Below are positions 38,620-52,735 of a stretch of DNA of 64,000 nucleotides, one piece after another. A program made the translations under genes and the position numbers. The DNA is from an uncultured Acidobacteriota bacterium (GTDB lineage: Bacteria > Acidobacteriota > Thermoanaerobaculia > Gp7-AA8): assembly GCA_963741955.1 (NCBI GenBank), contig CAVUKB010000001.1, forward strand, positions 128,001-192,000. The letters run 5' to 3'. Numbering within the stretch: the first letter of the stretch is position 1; the number at the start of each line of letters is the position of its first letter. The notes beneath the pieces were generated by a model. The model made no database searches. It saw nothing but the letters and a program-made list of their open reading frames with translations, and was not told the DNA's origin.

Positions 38620-39443
38620 AGATCGCACCGCTCGGTTCCGGAAGCGCGGGTAACTCCTACTACATCGAGAGCGAAGGGACGTCCATCCTCGTCGACGCCG
38701 GTTTCGGTCCGCGCGAGACGGAAAAGCGGCTGAGGCTCGTCGGCGCCTCTCTCGCCTCAGTGTCGGCGATCCTGATCACGCACGAGCACTACGACCACAT
38801 CCGCGGAGCGGCAAAGGTCTCCGCGAAGGCTGGCGCGGCGGTGCACATGACCGCGGGAACGCTGCGCGCGAGCTCGCTCGATCCGGAAGAGACCGTGATC
38901 CAGCTCTTCGAGAACGACACGTCGTTCGAGATCGGCGATCTCCTCGTGCATGCGAGACGGACCAGCCACGACGCGTCCGATCCGGTGTCGTACGTCGTCG
39001 AGTCGCGCGAGGGCGCCCGGATTGGAATTGCCAGCGACCTCGGCGCGGTCGATGCGTCGATCCTCGAGCACCTCTCGGGATGCGATGCTCTCTTCTTCGA
39101 GGCGAACCACGATCTCGACATGCTCCGAAGCGGCACGTACCCGTGGAGCCTCAAGCGCCGGATCATGTCGCGGTACGGGCACCTCTCGAATGATGACTCG
39201 ATGACCGCGCTCGAGCGGATCGTCGGAGAGGATCTCCAGAAGCTCTGCCTGATCCACCTCTCTCAGAAGAACAATCACGAGTCGATCGTCGAATCGATGG
39301 CTCTTGGACTTCTCGACCGTCTCGGCGTCAGACCGGAGCTCCGGATCGCCCGGCAGGAAGGGCCGCTGGAGCCGGTCGAGGTCGTGCGCGGGAAGCGCCC
39401 CGCCCCCCGCCCCGCGGCCTTCGGGCAACTCGCACTCTTCTGA
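38616..39443 (+). CDS. MBL-fold metallo-hydrolase (YycJ/WalJ-like)
   Basis: LGSGSAGN, THEHYDH, SHDA, EANHD, GHLSN, IHLSQKNN. Confidence 0.92.
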   Translation: MKIAPLGSGSAGNSYYIESEGTSILVDAGFGPRETEKRLRLVGASLASVSAILITHEHYDHIRGAAKVSAKAGAAVHMTAGTLRASSLDPEETVIQLFENDTSFEIGDLLVHARRTSHDASDPVSYVVESREGARIGIASDLGAVDASILEHLSGCDALFFEANHDLDMLRSGTYPWSLKRRIMSRYGHLSNDDSMTALERIVGEDLQKLCLIHLSQKNNHESIVESMALGLLDRLGVRPELRIARQEGPLEPVEVVRGKRPAPRPAAFGQLALF

Positions 39444-39499
39444 GCCGTCGGAGCCCGCCCGGATTTGTCGCGCCGCATTCCGCGGGACGAGAGCCCACG

Positions 39500-40743
39500 G
39501 ATCCCTCCGCGCGGTTCGAGCTTTACGGAAACTGTGGATCCTGCCGAGGGGTGCGGATCCCGCTCGGCGGGATCTGCCGCGCAAAAAGTGTTCTACGCGA
39601 ACTGTGGATCCCGCCGAGGGGTGCGGATCATCCGATCCGCCGCGAGAATCGTGTTGTACGCGATGAAGAGCGCGGCTGTGGGTCTCGCGAAGCGTCGTTC
39701 TTCTTGCGCCCCGCTCCGCTTCTGCCCGGGGCGCGGGTGAGGCTGCGTTCGCGCATGCGCCATGATCCGCGCGGCGGATCAGAGGATCCGCTCCCCACGA
39801 CGAACGTGGATCCCGCCGAGGGGTGCGGATCCCGCTCGGCGGGATCTGCCGCGAGAACCGTGTTGTACGCGATGAAGAGCGCGGCTGTGGGTCTCGCGAA
39901 GCGTCGGTCTTCTTGCGCACCGCTCCGCTTCTGCCCGGGGCGCGGGTGAGGCTGCGGTCGCGCACGCGCCGTGATCCGCGCGGCGGATCAGAGGATCCGC
40001 TCCCCACGACGAACGTGGATCCCGCCGCGCGGTTCGAGCTGTACGCGAACTGTGGATCCCGCCGAGGGGTGCGGATCCCGCCCCGCGGGATCCGCCGCGA
40101 GAATCGTGTTGTACGCGATGAAGAGCGCGGCTGTGAGTCTCGCGAAGCGTCGGTCTTCTTGCGCCCCGCTCCGCTTCTGCCCGGGGCGCGGGTGAGGCTG
40201 CGGTCGCGCACGCGCCGTGATCCGCTCGGCGGATCAGAGGATCCGCTCCCCACGACGAACGTGATCCCTCCGCGCGGTTCGAGCTGTACGCGAACTGTGG
40301 ATCCCGCCGAGGGGTGCGGATCCCGCCCCGCGGGATCCGCCGCGAGAACCGTGTTGTACGCGATGAAGGCGGAGGCTGTGGATCACGCGAAGCGTCGGTC
40401 TTCTTGCGCCCCGCTCCGCTTCTGCCCGGGGCGCGGGTGAGGCTGCGGTCGCGCACGCGCCGTGATCCGCTCGGCGGATCAGAGGATCCGCTCCCCACGA
40501 CGAACGTGATCCCTCCGCGCGGTTCGAGCTGTACGCGAACTGTGGATCCCGCCGAGGGGTGCGGATCATCCGATCCGCCGCGAGAACCGTGTTGTACGCG
40601 ATGAAGAGCGCGGCTGTGGGTCTCGCGAAGCGTCGTCGATGCTTCCGCCCCCGCTGCGCTTCTGCCGCGGACGCCGGTGAGGCTGCGGTCGCGCACGCGC
40701 CGTGACTGGCGCGGCGGATCAGAGGATCCGCTCCCCACGACGA
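39500..40743 (+). repeat. Tandem REP-doublet (BIME-like) array A: about 5 units of ~210-245 bp plus a partial unit
   Basis: GGATCAGAGGATCCGCTCCCCACGACG recurs five times (near 39776, 39986, 40231, 40476, 40716). Confidence 0.93.
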
Positions 40744-40931
40744 GGTCTCTCCGGGGTGGGGATCATGGGCCGGAACGTGAATCGAGCCGAGAATCGCGAA
40801 GTTACCCGCAACCCGTAACCCGCGCAACGCACAATGCCGGCTCCACTCGTGATAAAAACCTCTCCGAAACGGACGCGGATGCAGTGGCTGGCCGGGGGAA
40901 TGCATGGCTCCGCTCTTCCGGGAGGGATCGG

Positions 40932-42218
40932 ATGCAGAGATTCATCGTCGAAGGAGGAAGACGCCTGGAGGGGACCATCCGCCCGGGCGGGAACAAGAAT
41001 GCCGCGCTGCCGTTGATCGCTGCATGCCTCCTCACGGACCAGGCGGTCGTCCTGCGCAACCTTCCCCGGATCCAGGATGTCGGGATCATGCTGGAGATCA
41101 TGGAAGGACTCGGCGTCTCGGTGGAGCATCTGGAGCCGAACGTCGTCCGGATTCACGCTCGGGGTGCGATCGCGTGCACGCCGGACGTGAAGCTCTCGCA
41201 ACGCGTCCGCGGATCGCTTCTCTTCGCCGGCCCGCTCCTCGCCCGCTGCGGCGAGGCGGCGATCACCCGCCCGGGTGGCGATGCCATCGGACGCCGCCGC
41301 ATCGACACTCATCTGACTGCGCTCGAAGCGCTCGGCGCGCAGATCGTCGTCTCCGCGTACGAGTACCGGATGAGCGCGATGGGGCTCACCGGGCGGAAGA
41401 TGTTCCTCGACGAGGCGTCGGTGACCGCAACGGAGAACACCGTGATGGCGGCGGTGCTCGCGGAAGGCGATACGCAGATCTACAACGCCGCGGCGGAACC
41501 GCACGTTCAGGATCTCTGCCGTTTTCTCAATCAGCTCGGCGCGAACATCGAAGGGATCGGGACCAACTCTCTCCTGATCCATGGAGTGGACGAGCTCCAC
41601 GGAGGCGAGTTCACCATTCCGAGCGACCACATCGAGGTCGGCTCCTACATCGGGCTCGCCGCGGTGACGCGCGGGGAGATCCTGATCGAGAATGCGGTGA
41701 CTGAGCACATGCATTCGGTTCAGCTCATGTTCGAGAAGCTGGGCGTGGCGATCCAGATCGAAGGGGACGACATCCGGGTCCCGCGCGATCAGGAGATGCG
41801 GGTCCGCTACGACGTCGGCTCGGCGGTGCCGAAGATCGACGACGGACCGTGGCCGCTCTTTCCGGCCGACCTCCTCTCGATCATGATCGTCGTGGCGACG
41901 CAGGCGGATGGGACGGTGCTGATTTTCGAGAAGATGTTCGAATCCCGCCTCTTCTTCACCGACAAGCTGATCGGGATGGGCGCACGGATCATTCTGTGCG
42001 ACCCGCATCGCGCACTGGTGGTCGGCGGCAACCGGCTGGTGGGAGCCGAGATCACCAGTCCCGACATCCGGGCCGGTATGGCGCTGCTCATTGCAGCGCT
42101 CTGCGCGAAAGGCGACAGCGTCATCCACAACATCCAGCAGATCGACCGCGGCTACGAGCGGATCGACGAGCGCCTCACGCCGCTCGGAGCGCGCATCACG
42201 CGTGAGGGGGAGCCTTGA
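40932..42218 (+). CDS. murA: UDP-N-acetylglucosamine 1-carboxyvinyltransferase
   Basis: [47 protein letters not shown]. Confidence 0.96.
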   Translation: MQRFIVEGGRRLEGTIRPGGNKNAALPLIAACLLTDQAVVLRNLPRIQDVGIMLEIMEGLGVSVEHLEPNVVRIHARGAIACTPDVKLSQRVRGSLLFAGPLLARCGEAAITRPGGDAIGRRRIDTHLTALEALGAQIVVSAYEYRMSAMGLTGRKMFLDEASVTATENTVMAAVLAEGDTQIYNAAAEPHVQDLCRFLNQLGANIEGIGTNSLLIHGVDELHGGEFTIPSDHIEVGSYIGLAAVTRGEILIENAVTEHMHSVQLMFEKLGVAIQIEGDDIRVPRDQEMRVRYDVGSAVPKIDDGPWPLFPADLLSIMIVVATQADGTVLIFEKMFESRLFFTDKLIGMGARIILCDPHRALVVGGNRLVGAEITSPDIRAGMALLIAALCAKGDSVIHNIQQIDRGYERIDERLTPLGARITREGEP

Positions 42219-43123
42219 GTCTTTCCGCGTCACCTGGAGCAGCGACGCCGCCCGCTCGCCCCGATGCGGGCTCGCCGCTTCGACTCTCGCTTCCGCACGG
42301 ACGCACTCTCGAGATCGCCAGCTTCCCGGCAGTGATGGGCATCGTCAACGTGACTCCCGACTCGTTCTCCGATGGAGGGGTGAACTTCGACACGGAGCGT
42401 GCGATCGGATCGGCGCTGGCGATGGAGCGCGACGGCGCGGCGATCGTCGACGTCGGTGGAGAGTCGACCCGTCCCGGTGCAGAGCCGATCGGGACCGATG
42501 ACGAGATCGCACGCGTGGTTCCCGTCATCGAGGGTATCCGCCGCCACAGTTCCGTCGTAATCTCCATCGATACCATGAAAGCGGCGGTCGCGGAGGCTGC
42601 GCTCGATGCCGGTGCGGATCTGGTGAATGACGTCACCGCACTCCGATTCGATCCGGCCATGCGGGCTCTGGTCGCGAGGCGCGGAGTGCCGGCCATCCTC
42701 ATGCACATGAGGGGGCAGCCGCGTACGATGCAGCAGGCGATCCATTACGATGATCTCCTCGCCGAGATCTCCGCAGAGCTCGGCGCCTGGCGCCGCGAAG
42801 CAGTGGAGGCCGGGATTCCGGCGGATGCGATCCTGGTCGACCCGGGCATCGGATTCGGTAAGACTTTCGAGCAGAATCTCGAGATTCTCGCGCACGCTGA
42901 TCGGTTCCGCTCGCTCGCTCCCGTCGTGATCGGTGCGTCACGGAAGGGTTTCATCGGTAAACTGACGGGACGGCCGGCCGGAGCGGAGAGGATGGCGGGA
43001 TCGCTTGCCGCAGTGGCAGCGGCGGCTCGGGGTGGTGCAGCGTTCGTGCGGGTTCACGACGTGAGGGAAACAGCCGACTTTCTCGAGGTCTACCGGCGGA
43101 TCGTGGAGAGGCGGGAAGGATGA
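42215..43123 (+). CDS. folP: Dihydropteroate synthase
   Basis: [45 protein letters not shown]. Confidence 0.96.
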   Translation: MSLSASPGAATPPARPDAGSPLRLSLPHGRTLEIASFPAVMGIVNVTPDSFSDGGVNFDTERAIGSALAMERDGAAIVDVGGESTRPGAEPIGTDDEIARVVPVIEGIRRHSSVVISIDTMKAAVAEAALDAGADLVNDVTALRFDPAMRALVARRGVPAILMHMRGQPRTMQQAIHYDDLLAEISAELGAWRREAVEAGIPADAILVDPGIGFGKTFEQNLEILAHADRFRSLAPVVIGASRKGFIGKLTGRPAGAERMAGSLAAVAAAARGGAAFVRVHDVRETADFLEVYRRIVERREG

Positions 43124-43902
43124 CCCTGTTCGACAAATTTCAGGCGCTTCAGTTCACGTGGCGTGACGCGGTCGACGTGATCGTCGTGTCGTTCGTGATC
43201 TACAACGTCCTCGTGCTGATCAAAGGGACGAGAGCGATGCAGATGGCGATCGGCCTGATGATCGTCAGTGCGACGTATTTCGTCGCGCATGCGCTCGATC
43301 TGATCGCGCTCGAGACTCTCTCCCGGGAAGTTCTGTTCTATCTTCCGTTCGCGATCATCGTCCTCTTTCAGCATGAGATCCGCCGGGCCCTCACGACGGT
43401 CGGTCGAAAACCGTGGGTGCGGCTGTTCGGCCATCGCACCGACGTCGAGCTCGAAGACCTGGTGCGCGCGTCGGTCGAGCTGGCCCGCGAGCGGGTCGGA
43501 GCGCTGATCGCCATCGAAGGGAGCGAAAGTCTTCGCACCTTCGCCGAGAGCGGGAAGAAGCTGGACGCGGTGGTCTCGGAGGCGTTGGTCCGCAACATCT
43601 TCACTCCCGGGACTCCGCTCCACGACGGCGCGGTGATCATCAACGGCAATCGCATCGTCGCCGCCGGCGCGTTTCTTCCGCTCAGCTCGAATCCGCAGCT
43701 TCCTCCTTCTCACGGGACGCGGCACCGCGCCGCCCTCGGATTGAGTGAAGAAACGGACGCGCTGGTCATCGTGATCTCCGAGGAAAACGGCACCATCGCC
43801 GTCGCGGTGGAAGGAACGCTGCACGAGAATCTGAGTGCGGTCAGCCTCCGCGGCATTCTCAACGAGCGCTTCCATCCCGAGGGTGAGCAGAATGCGGCTT
43901 GA
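43120..43902 (+). CDS. cdaA: Membrane diadenylate cyclase CdaA/DacA
   Basis: Three TM segments, FQHEIRRAL, PLHDGAV, GTRHRAA, SEE. Confidence 0.95.
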   Translation: MTLFDKFQALQFTWRDAVDVIVVSFVIYNVLVLIKGTRAMQMAIGLMIVSATYFVAHALDLIALETLSREVLFYLPFAIIVLFQHEIRRALTTVGRKPWVRLFGHRTDVELEDLVRASVELARERVGALIAIEGSESLRTFAESGKKLDAVVSEALVRNIFTPGTPLHDGAVIINGNRIVAAGAFLPLSSNPQLPPSHGTRHRAALGLSEETDALVIVISEENGTIAVAVEGTLHENLSAVSLRGILNERFHPEGEQNAA

Positions 43903-44629
43903 TTTTCTCTACCGGAACTTCTGGCTCAAGCTGGTCGCGGTGCTCTTTGCGGCGGTGATCTGGATCGTCGTCTCGGGTGAGCGGAGGGAGCGCGTTCTCG
44001 AGCGCGCATTCGAGGTCCCTCTCGCTCTGGTCGGAGTTCCGCGAGATCTGGTGATCACCAGCCAGCTCCAGGACGCCATCGACGTGCGCCTCCGCGGCCC
44101 GGTCTCGAAGCTCCGCTCGCTCTCCTCGCAGAATCTCGAATCGACGCTCGACATGAGCGAGTTGAAAGCGGGAGAAGCTTCGGTTCCGATCCGTCCGGAT
44201 ACTCTCAACCTGCCGCCCGGCGTGGAAGTGGTCTCCATCGACCCGAGCCACATCAGGATCCGCCTCGAAGCGCGACGGCAGAAGATGGTCCCGATCCGGC
44301 CGTATCTGGTCGGAGCCATTCCGGATGGATTCGAGATCGGCACCATCGACGTGGCCCCGCGGATGGCGCTGATCAGCGGCCCGGGCAGCACCATACGCGA
44401 GACTACCGAAGTGGCGACCGAGAGGCTGATTCTCTCCGGGCGCTCGAATACGTTCTCCGTCCGGGTCGGACTGATCGCCGATTCGCCGCTGGTTCGCGTG
44501 GTCGAGCCGCTGAGCGCTCTGGTGACCATCGAAGTCCGGCAGCAGGCCCTGAATTCTCCTCCGACGGAGCCGCCGGCGACTCCGGAAAAATCGCCGGCCC
44601 GAAAACCGGGAGGGAAACGATCGCAATGA
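43892..44629 (+). CDS. cdaR: CdaR/YbbR-like regulator
   Basis: N-terminal NFWLKLVAVLFA..W anchor; YbbR repeats (VRLRGP, LPPGVEVVSIDP); located between cdaA and glmM. Confidence 0.88.
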   Translation: MRLDFLYRNFWLKLVAVLFAAVIWIVVSGERRERVLERAFEVPLALVGVPRDLVITSQLQDAIDVRLRGPVSKLRSLSSQNLESTLDMSELKAGEASVPIRPDTLNLPPGVEVVSIDPSHIRIRLEARRQKMVPIRPYLVGAIPDGFEIGTIDVAPRMALISGPGSTIRETTEVATERLILSGRSNTFSVRVGLIADSPLVRVVEPLSALVTIEVRQQALNSPPTEPPATPEKSPARKPGGKRSQ

Positions 44630-45976
44630 GAAAACTCTTCGGCACGGACGGAATCCGCGGCAAGGCGGGCGAATTTCCGCTCGATCTCCCCACCATGGTC
44701 GCGCTCGGATCCGCGCTCGCGCAGCGGCTCGGCGAGCACGACGACCACGTCCCGATGGTTCTTCTCGGAATGGATACCCGCGAGTCGGGCCCTCGAATCG
44801 CGAATGCCCTGATCTCCGGAATCGAAACCGGAGGAGGGCGAGGCTGCTTCGTCGGAGTGGTTCCGACTCCCGCCGTCGCGTACCTTTGCCGCGCCACGAA
44901 TGCCGATGCAGGAATCTCGATCTCCGCCTCACACAATCCGTTCGAGGACAACGGCGTGAAGATCTTCGGTGGCGACGGAATGAAGCTTTCCGACGCGCTG
45001 GAGCTCGAAGCTCGAGAACGACCTGATGAAACTCCGCGACGACTCCACCGTTCCCGAGGCGGTCGAGAACCCTCCCGAGGAAACGTCGGAGCTGATCGGA
45101 AAATACGAGAAGTTTCTTCTCGAAGGAATCTCGGCGAACGCGCTCGCGGGTCAGAAGGTGGTTCTCGATACCGGGAACGGTGCGGCATACCGAATCGCAC
45201 CGGAAGTCTTCCGCTCCGCAGGCGCCGAGGTCGTGGTCATGAACGACGCGCCGGATGGACGGAACATCAACGAGAACTGCGGCGCGCTCCACCCGGAGTC
45301 GATGGCGGCGCGAGTGGTGGAAGAGCATGCCGACTTCGGTGTCGCCTTCGACGGCGACGCAGATCGCGCGATCTTCGCCGATGATGTCGGCGCGATCCGG
45401 GACGGAGACGAGATCATCTTCCTCTGGGCGAAACGCGAGCTGAACGACGGCTTGCTCTCCGAGAACACCGTGGTCACGACCGTGATGTCGAATCTCGGGT
45501 TCGAGCGGCAACTCGAGCACGAAGGAATCCGCCTGATGCGGGCGCAGGTCGGCGACAAATACGTCCTCGAGACGATGCTCGTCCACGGAGCGGTCCTCGG
45601 CGGAGAACAGTCGGGGCACATCATCGACCTGAACGTCCACACCACAGGAGATGGAATCCACACCGCTCTGGTCATCGGTGAGCTTCTGGCCGCCGAGGGA
45701 CGCCCCTTCTCCGGCCTCGCGACGTTCGAGCCGGTCCCGCAGATCCTCCTGAACGAGCGGGTGCAGTCGAAACCGCCGCTGGAAGAGCTTGCCGGATACA
45801 TGGAAGAGATCGAGCGCGCGCGCGACCAACTCGGCGACCGCGGCCGCATCCTCGTCCGCTACTCCGGGACGGAGAACCTGGTGCGGGTGATGGTGGAAGG
45901 GGACAGCGACGCGGAGATCAAAGCGGTCGCCCGCAAGCTCTGCGACGTTCTCAAGAGGGAGATCGCCGGCAAATAA
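44626..45976 (+). CDS. glmM: Phosphoglucosamine mutase, with a frameshift near 45010
   Basis: FGTDGIRG, DTRESG, SASHNP in the first frame; DTGNGA, FDGDADR, VGDKYV, GGEQSGH, RYSGTE in the second. Confidence 0.93.
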
Positions 45977-46065
45977 ACCTCTGGCCTTCCGGGTAACTCA
46001 TTGGTATATTGCGCCATCCGCTTTTCGGACCCTGCAATAAACCCGGTGGGAGTGAGGTCACTCAG

Positions 46066-47280
46066 ATGGCGGTCGTGAACGGGAAAAAGCCCGGCAGAAC
46101 CGGCAAAAAAGGTAACGCCAGGAACGTGAAACCCGCAAAGAAGTCGTCGGGCGCGCGTCCGGCGTCGAAATCGGCAGCGAAAAAGCCCGCAAAAAAGGCA
46201 ACGAAGCCGAAGAGCGCTGCGAAGTCGCGTAAAGCGCCGGCCGCAGCAAAAGTGAGCCCGAAGTCGACGAAGCGCGCCACCGCAGCCCGGGACGCCAGGA
46301 AGTCCGCGCCCAGATCCGCGAAGAAGTCCGCCCCGAAGAAACCAGCGGTGAAGAAGTCTCCGGCGAAGAAGTCTCCGGCAAAGAAGGTCGCGGGGAAGAA
46401 GGCTGCGGTCAAGAACCGAGCCGCGAAGAAGGCTCCGGTCAAGAAAGCCCCGGCGAAGAAAGCCCCGGCGAAACCGGCGAAGAAGCCCTCCGCGAAGAAA
46501 GCCGCAGATTCGAAGGCAGCCGCGAAGAAAGCGGGCTCCCGCACGACCCCGCGCAAGCCTGAAACGAAGGCGAAGCGGGCCGGCGCGAAGGACGACGGCA
46601 CGAAGAGCGCGCGGCGTTCCGAGCGGAAAGAGCAGAGCAAGTCCGCTCCGGCGTCTGTCGAGCCGTCAGCAGAAGCGACCAGCCCGAAGACACCGAAGAC
46701 GCGGAGCACTCCCGGGGAACCGAAGCGCCCGCGGCGATCCCGCCTCCGCTACGTCGAGTCGGACCAGCCTTCGGCTGCATGGTTTCCGCAGAACGACACG
46801 GGACGGAGATTCGCTTCCTTCATTCCCGCCCCGATGCGACTGGAAGCACCCTCGACCACCGCTGCGCCGCCGGCTTCGGCAGACCGGGAGTTTCTCCCGG
46901 GCGACATCGAGACTCCGACCAAGGCGATCCGGGTGATTCCGATCCGCGTGGAGATCGAGCAGGCGGGCGGACGAACGCAGATCTTTCTCACCCCGGTCGA
47001 GCAGCCGATCCATCAGGGCGAAGGGCTGGAGTGGGACTTCCGCTATTTCGGGGCGGCCGACGTCGTGATCCAGAACATCGTGATCGAGTTCGACAAGCCG
47101 TCGCCATTCACGAAGACGACGTTCGCGTCGCCCAAGCCGGGAGGAGCGAGGCCGCACCGGCAGGTGTCAGGCCCGCTTCGTGCCGAGCTCGCGCCGGGAC
47201 GTCGGGACTACGAGATCCGGGCGTTCGACCTGGTCAGGCGGCAGGTCGCCAGCGCAAAGGGGACGCTCGTCGTCGAGTAG
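46066..47280 (+). CDS. Protein with a histone H1-like Lys/Ala-rich N-half and a globular beta-rich C-domain
   Basis: KKSPAKK/KKAPAKK repeats over about 200 aa, then an ordered C-terminal domain; GAGGT RBS. Confidence 0.82.
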   Translation: MAVVNGKKPGRTGKKGNARNVKPAKKSSGARPASKSAAKKPAKKATKPKSAAKSRKAPAAAKVSPKSTKRATAARDARKSAPRSAKKSAPKKPAVKKSPAKKSPAKKVAGKKAAVKNRAAKKAPVKKAPAKKAPAKPAKKPSAKKAADSKAAAKKAGSRTTPRKPETKAKRAGAKDDGTKSARRSERKEQSKSAPASVEPSAEATSPKTPKTRSTPGEPKRPRRSRLRYVESDQPSAAWFPQNDTGRRFASFIPAPMRLEAPSTTAAPPASADREFLPGDIETPTKAIRVIPIRVEIEQAGGRTQIFLTPVEQPIHQGEGLEWDFRYFGAADVVIQNIVIEFDKPSPFTKTTFASPKPGGARPHRQVSGPLRAELAPGRRDYEIRAFDLVRRQVASAKGTLVVE

Positions 47281-47304
47281 ATCGCGAGGTGGATCCGTTG
47301 TTTT

Positions 47305-49344
47305 GATTGTGGGGGTGCAGATCCTCCGATCTGCGGCGGGAATCGCGTTCGAGCGCAATGAGACGACGCCGTTGGCAGCGGCGCAGCCGCTCTCCTGACA
47401 ATCGCGATTCACACCGACGCTCCGCGCAGAGCCGGATTCTCCGTCTTCCCCGGCTTCGATACGATTCTCGCGGCGGATCAGAGGATCCGCGCCCCCTCGG
47501 GAGTGATGCGCTTTGTGGGGTGCAGATCCTCCGATCTGCGGCGGGAATCGTGTTCGAGCGCAATGAGACGACGCCGTTGGCAGCGGCGCAGCCGCTCTCG
47601 GGACAATCGCGATTCACACCGACGCTCCGCGCAGAGCCGGACTCTCCGTCTTCCCCGGCTTCGACACGATTCTCGCGGCGGATCAGAGGATCCGCACCCC
47701 TCGGGAGTGATGCGCTTTGTGGGGGTGCAGATCCTCCGATCTGCGGCGGGAATCGCGTTCGAGCGCAATGGGACGACGCCGTTGGCAGCGGCGCAGCCGC
47801 TCTCCTGACAATCGCGATTCACACTGACGCTCCGCGCAGAGCCGGACTCTCCGTCTTCGTCGGCTTCGATACGATTCTCGCGGCGGATCAGAGGATCCGC
47901 ACCCCTCCGGAGTGATGCGCTTTGTGGGGGTGCAGATCCTCCGATCTGCGGCGGGAATCGCGTTCGAGCGCAATGGGACGGCGGCGTCGGCCGAGGCGCA
48001 GCCGCTTTCGTGACAATCGCGATTCACACCGACGCTCCGCGCAGAGCCGGACTCTCCGTCTTCCCCGGCTTCGATACGATTCTCGCGGCGGATCAGAGGA
48101 TCCGCACCCCTCGGGAGTGATGCGCTTTGTGGGGGTGCAGATCCTCCGATCTGCGGCGGGAATCGCGTTCGAGCGCAATGAGACGACGCCGTTGGCAGCG
48201 GCGCAGCCGCTCTCCTGACAATCGCGATTCACACCGACGCTCTGCGCAGAGCCGGATTCTCCGTCTTCGTCGGCTTCGACACGATGATCACGGCGGATCA
48301 GAGGATCCGCGCCCCTCGGGAGTGAACCGGATTGTGGGGTGCAGATCCTCCGATCTGCGGCGGGAATCGCGTTCGAGCGCAATGAGACGACGCCGTCGGC
48401 CGAGGCGAAGCCGCTTTCGGGACAATCGCGATTCACACTGACGCTCCGCGCAGAGCCGGATTCTCCGTCTTCCCCGGCTTCGACACGATGATCAAGGCGG
48501 ATCAGAGGATCCGCGCCCCCTCGGGAGCGAACCGCTTTGTGGGGTGCAGATCCTCCGATCTGCGGCGGAAATCGCGTTCGAGCGCAATGAGACGACGCCG
48601 TTGGCAGCGGCGCAGCCGCTCTCCTGACAATCGCGATTCACACTGACGCTCTGCGCAGAGCCGGATTCTCCGTCTTCCCCGGCTTCGGTACGATTCTCAC
48701 GGCGGATCAGAGGATCCGCACCCCTCGGGAGTGATGCGCTTTGTGGGGGTGCAGATCCTCCGATCTGCGGCGGGAATCGTGTTCGAGCGCAATGAGACGA
48801 CGCCGTTGGCAGCGGCGCAGCCGCTCTCCTGACAATCGCGATTCACACTGACGCTCCGCGCAGAGCCGGATTCTCCGTCTTCCCCGGCTTCGACACGATG
48901 ATCACGGCGGATCAGAGGATCCGCGCCCCCTCGGGAGCGAACCGCTTTGTGGGGTGCAGATCCTCCGATCTGCGGCGGGAATCGCGTTCGAGCGCAATGG
49001 GACCGCGGCGTCGGCCGAGGCGAAGCCGCTTTCGGGACAATCGCGATTCACACCGACGCTCCGCGCAGAGCCGGACTCTCCGTCTTCGTCGGCTTCGACA
49101 CGATGATCAAGGCGGATCAGAGGATCCGCGCCCCCTCGGGAGTGATGCGCTTTGTGGGGGTGCAGATCCTCCGATCTGCGGCGGAAATCGCGTTCGAGCG
49201 CAATGAGACGACGCCGTTGGCAGAGGCGCAGCCGCTCTCCTGACAATCGCGATTCACACCGACGCTCCGCGCAGAGCCGGACTCTCCGTCTTCGTCGGCT
49301 TCGACACGATGATCACGGCGGATCAGAGGATCCGCGCCCCTCGG
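47305..49344 (+). repeat. Tandem REP-doublet array B1: 10 units of 204-206 bp
   Basis: Anchor GCAGATCCTCCGATC at 47317, 47522, 47727, 47932, 48137, 48341, 48546, 48751, 48956, 49162. Confidence 0.97.
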
Positions 49345-49381
49345 CCCGAGTCCTCGAGGTGCGAATCCCGCCGAGCTCCCC

Positions 49382-52642
<3,261 letters not shown>

Positions 52643-52735
52643 TGGGGCGAGAGGATAATATAAAAGAGTATTCGCGTCTGCGAGATTTCCGAGCGGACGG
52701 AACGGCATTCGCACGGGAAATCATCGGAAAAACGT

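Noticed and set aside
38757-40905. Long ORFs across repeat arrays (498, 319, 223 aa and those in 47.2-49.5 and 53.7-55.0 kb)
   Set aside because: Translations of GC-rich non-coding repeats; frames shift between units
43859-45829. Numerous long antisense or alternate-frame ORFs over housekeeping genes
   Set aside because: Expected shadow ORFs in high-GC DNA; Arg/Pro-rich with no motifs
47305-49344. CRISPR array interpretation of the tandem arrays (also 39.5 kb and 53.8 kb)
   Set aside because: Whole 205-245-bp units repeat, there are no unique spacers, and no cas genes are in the window
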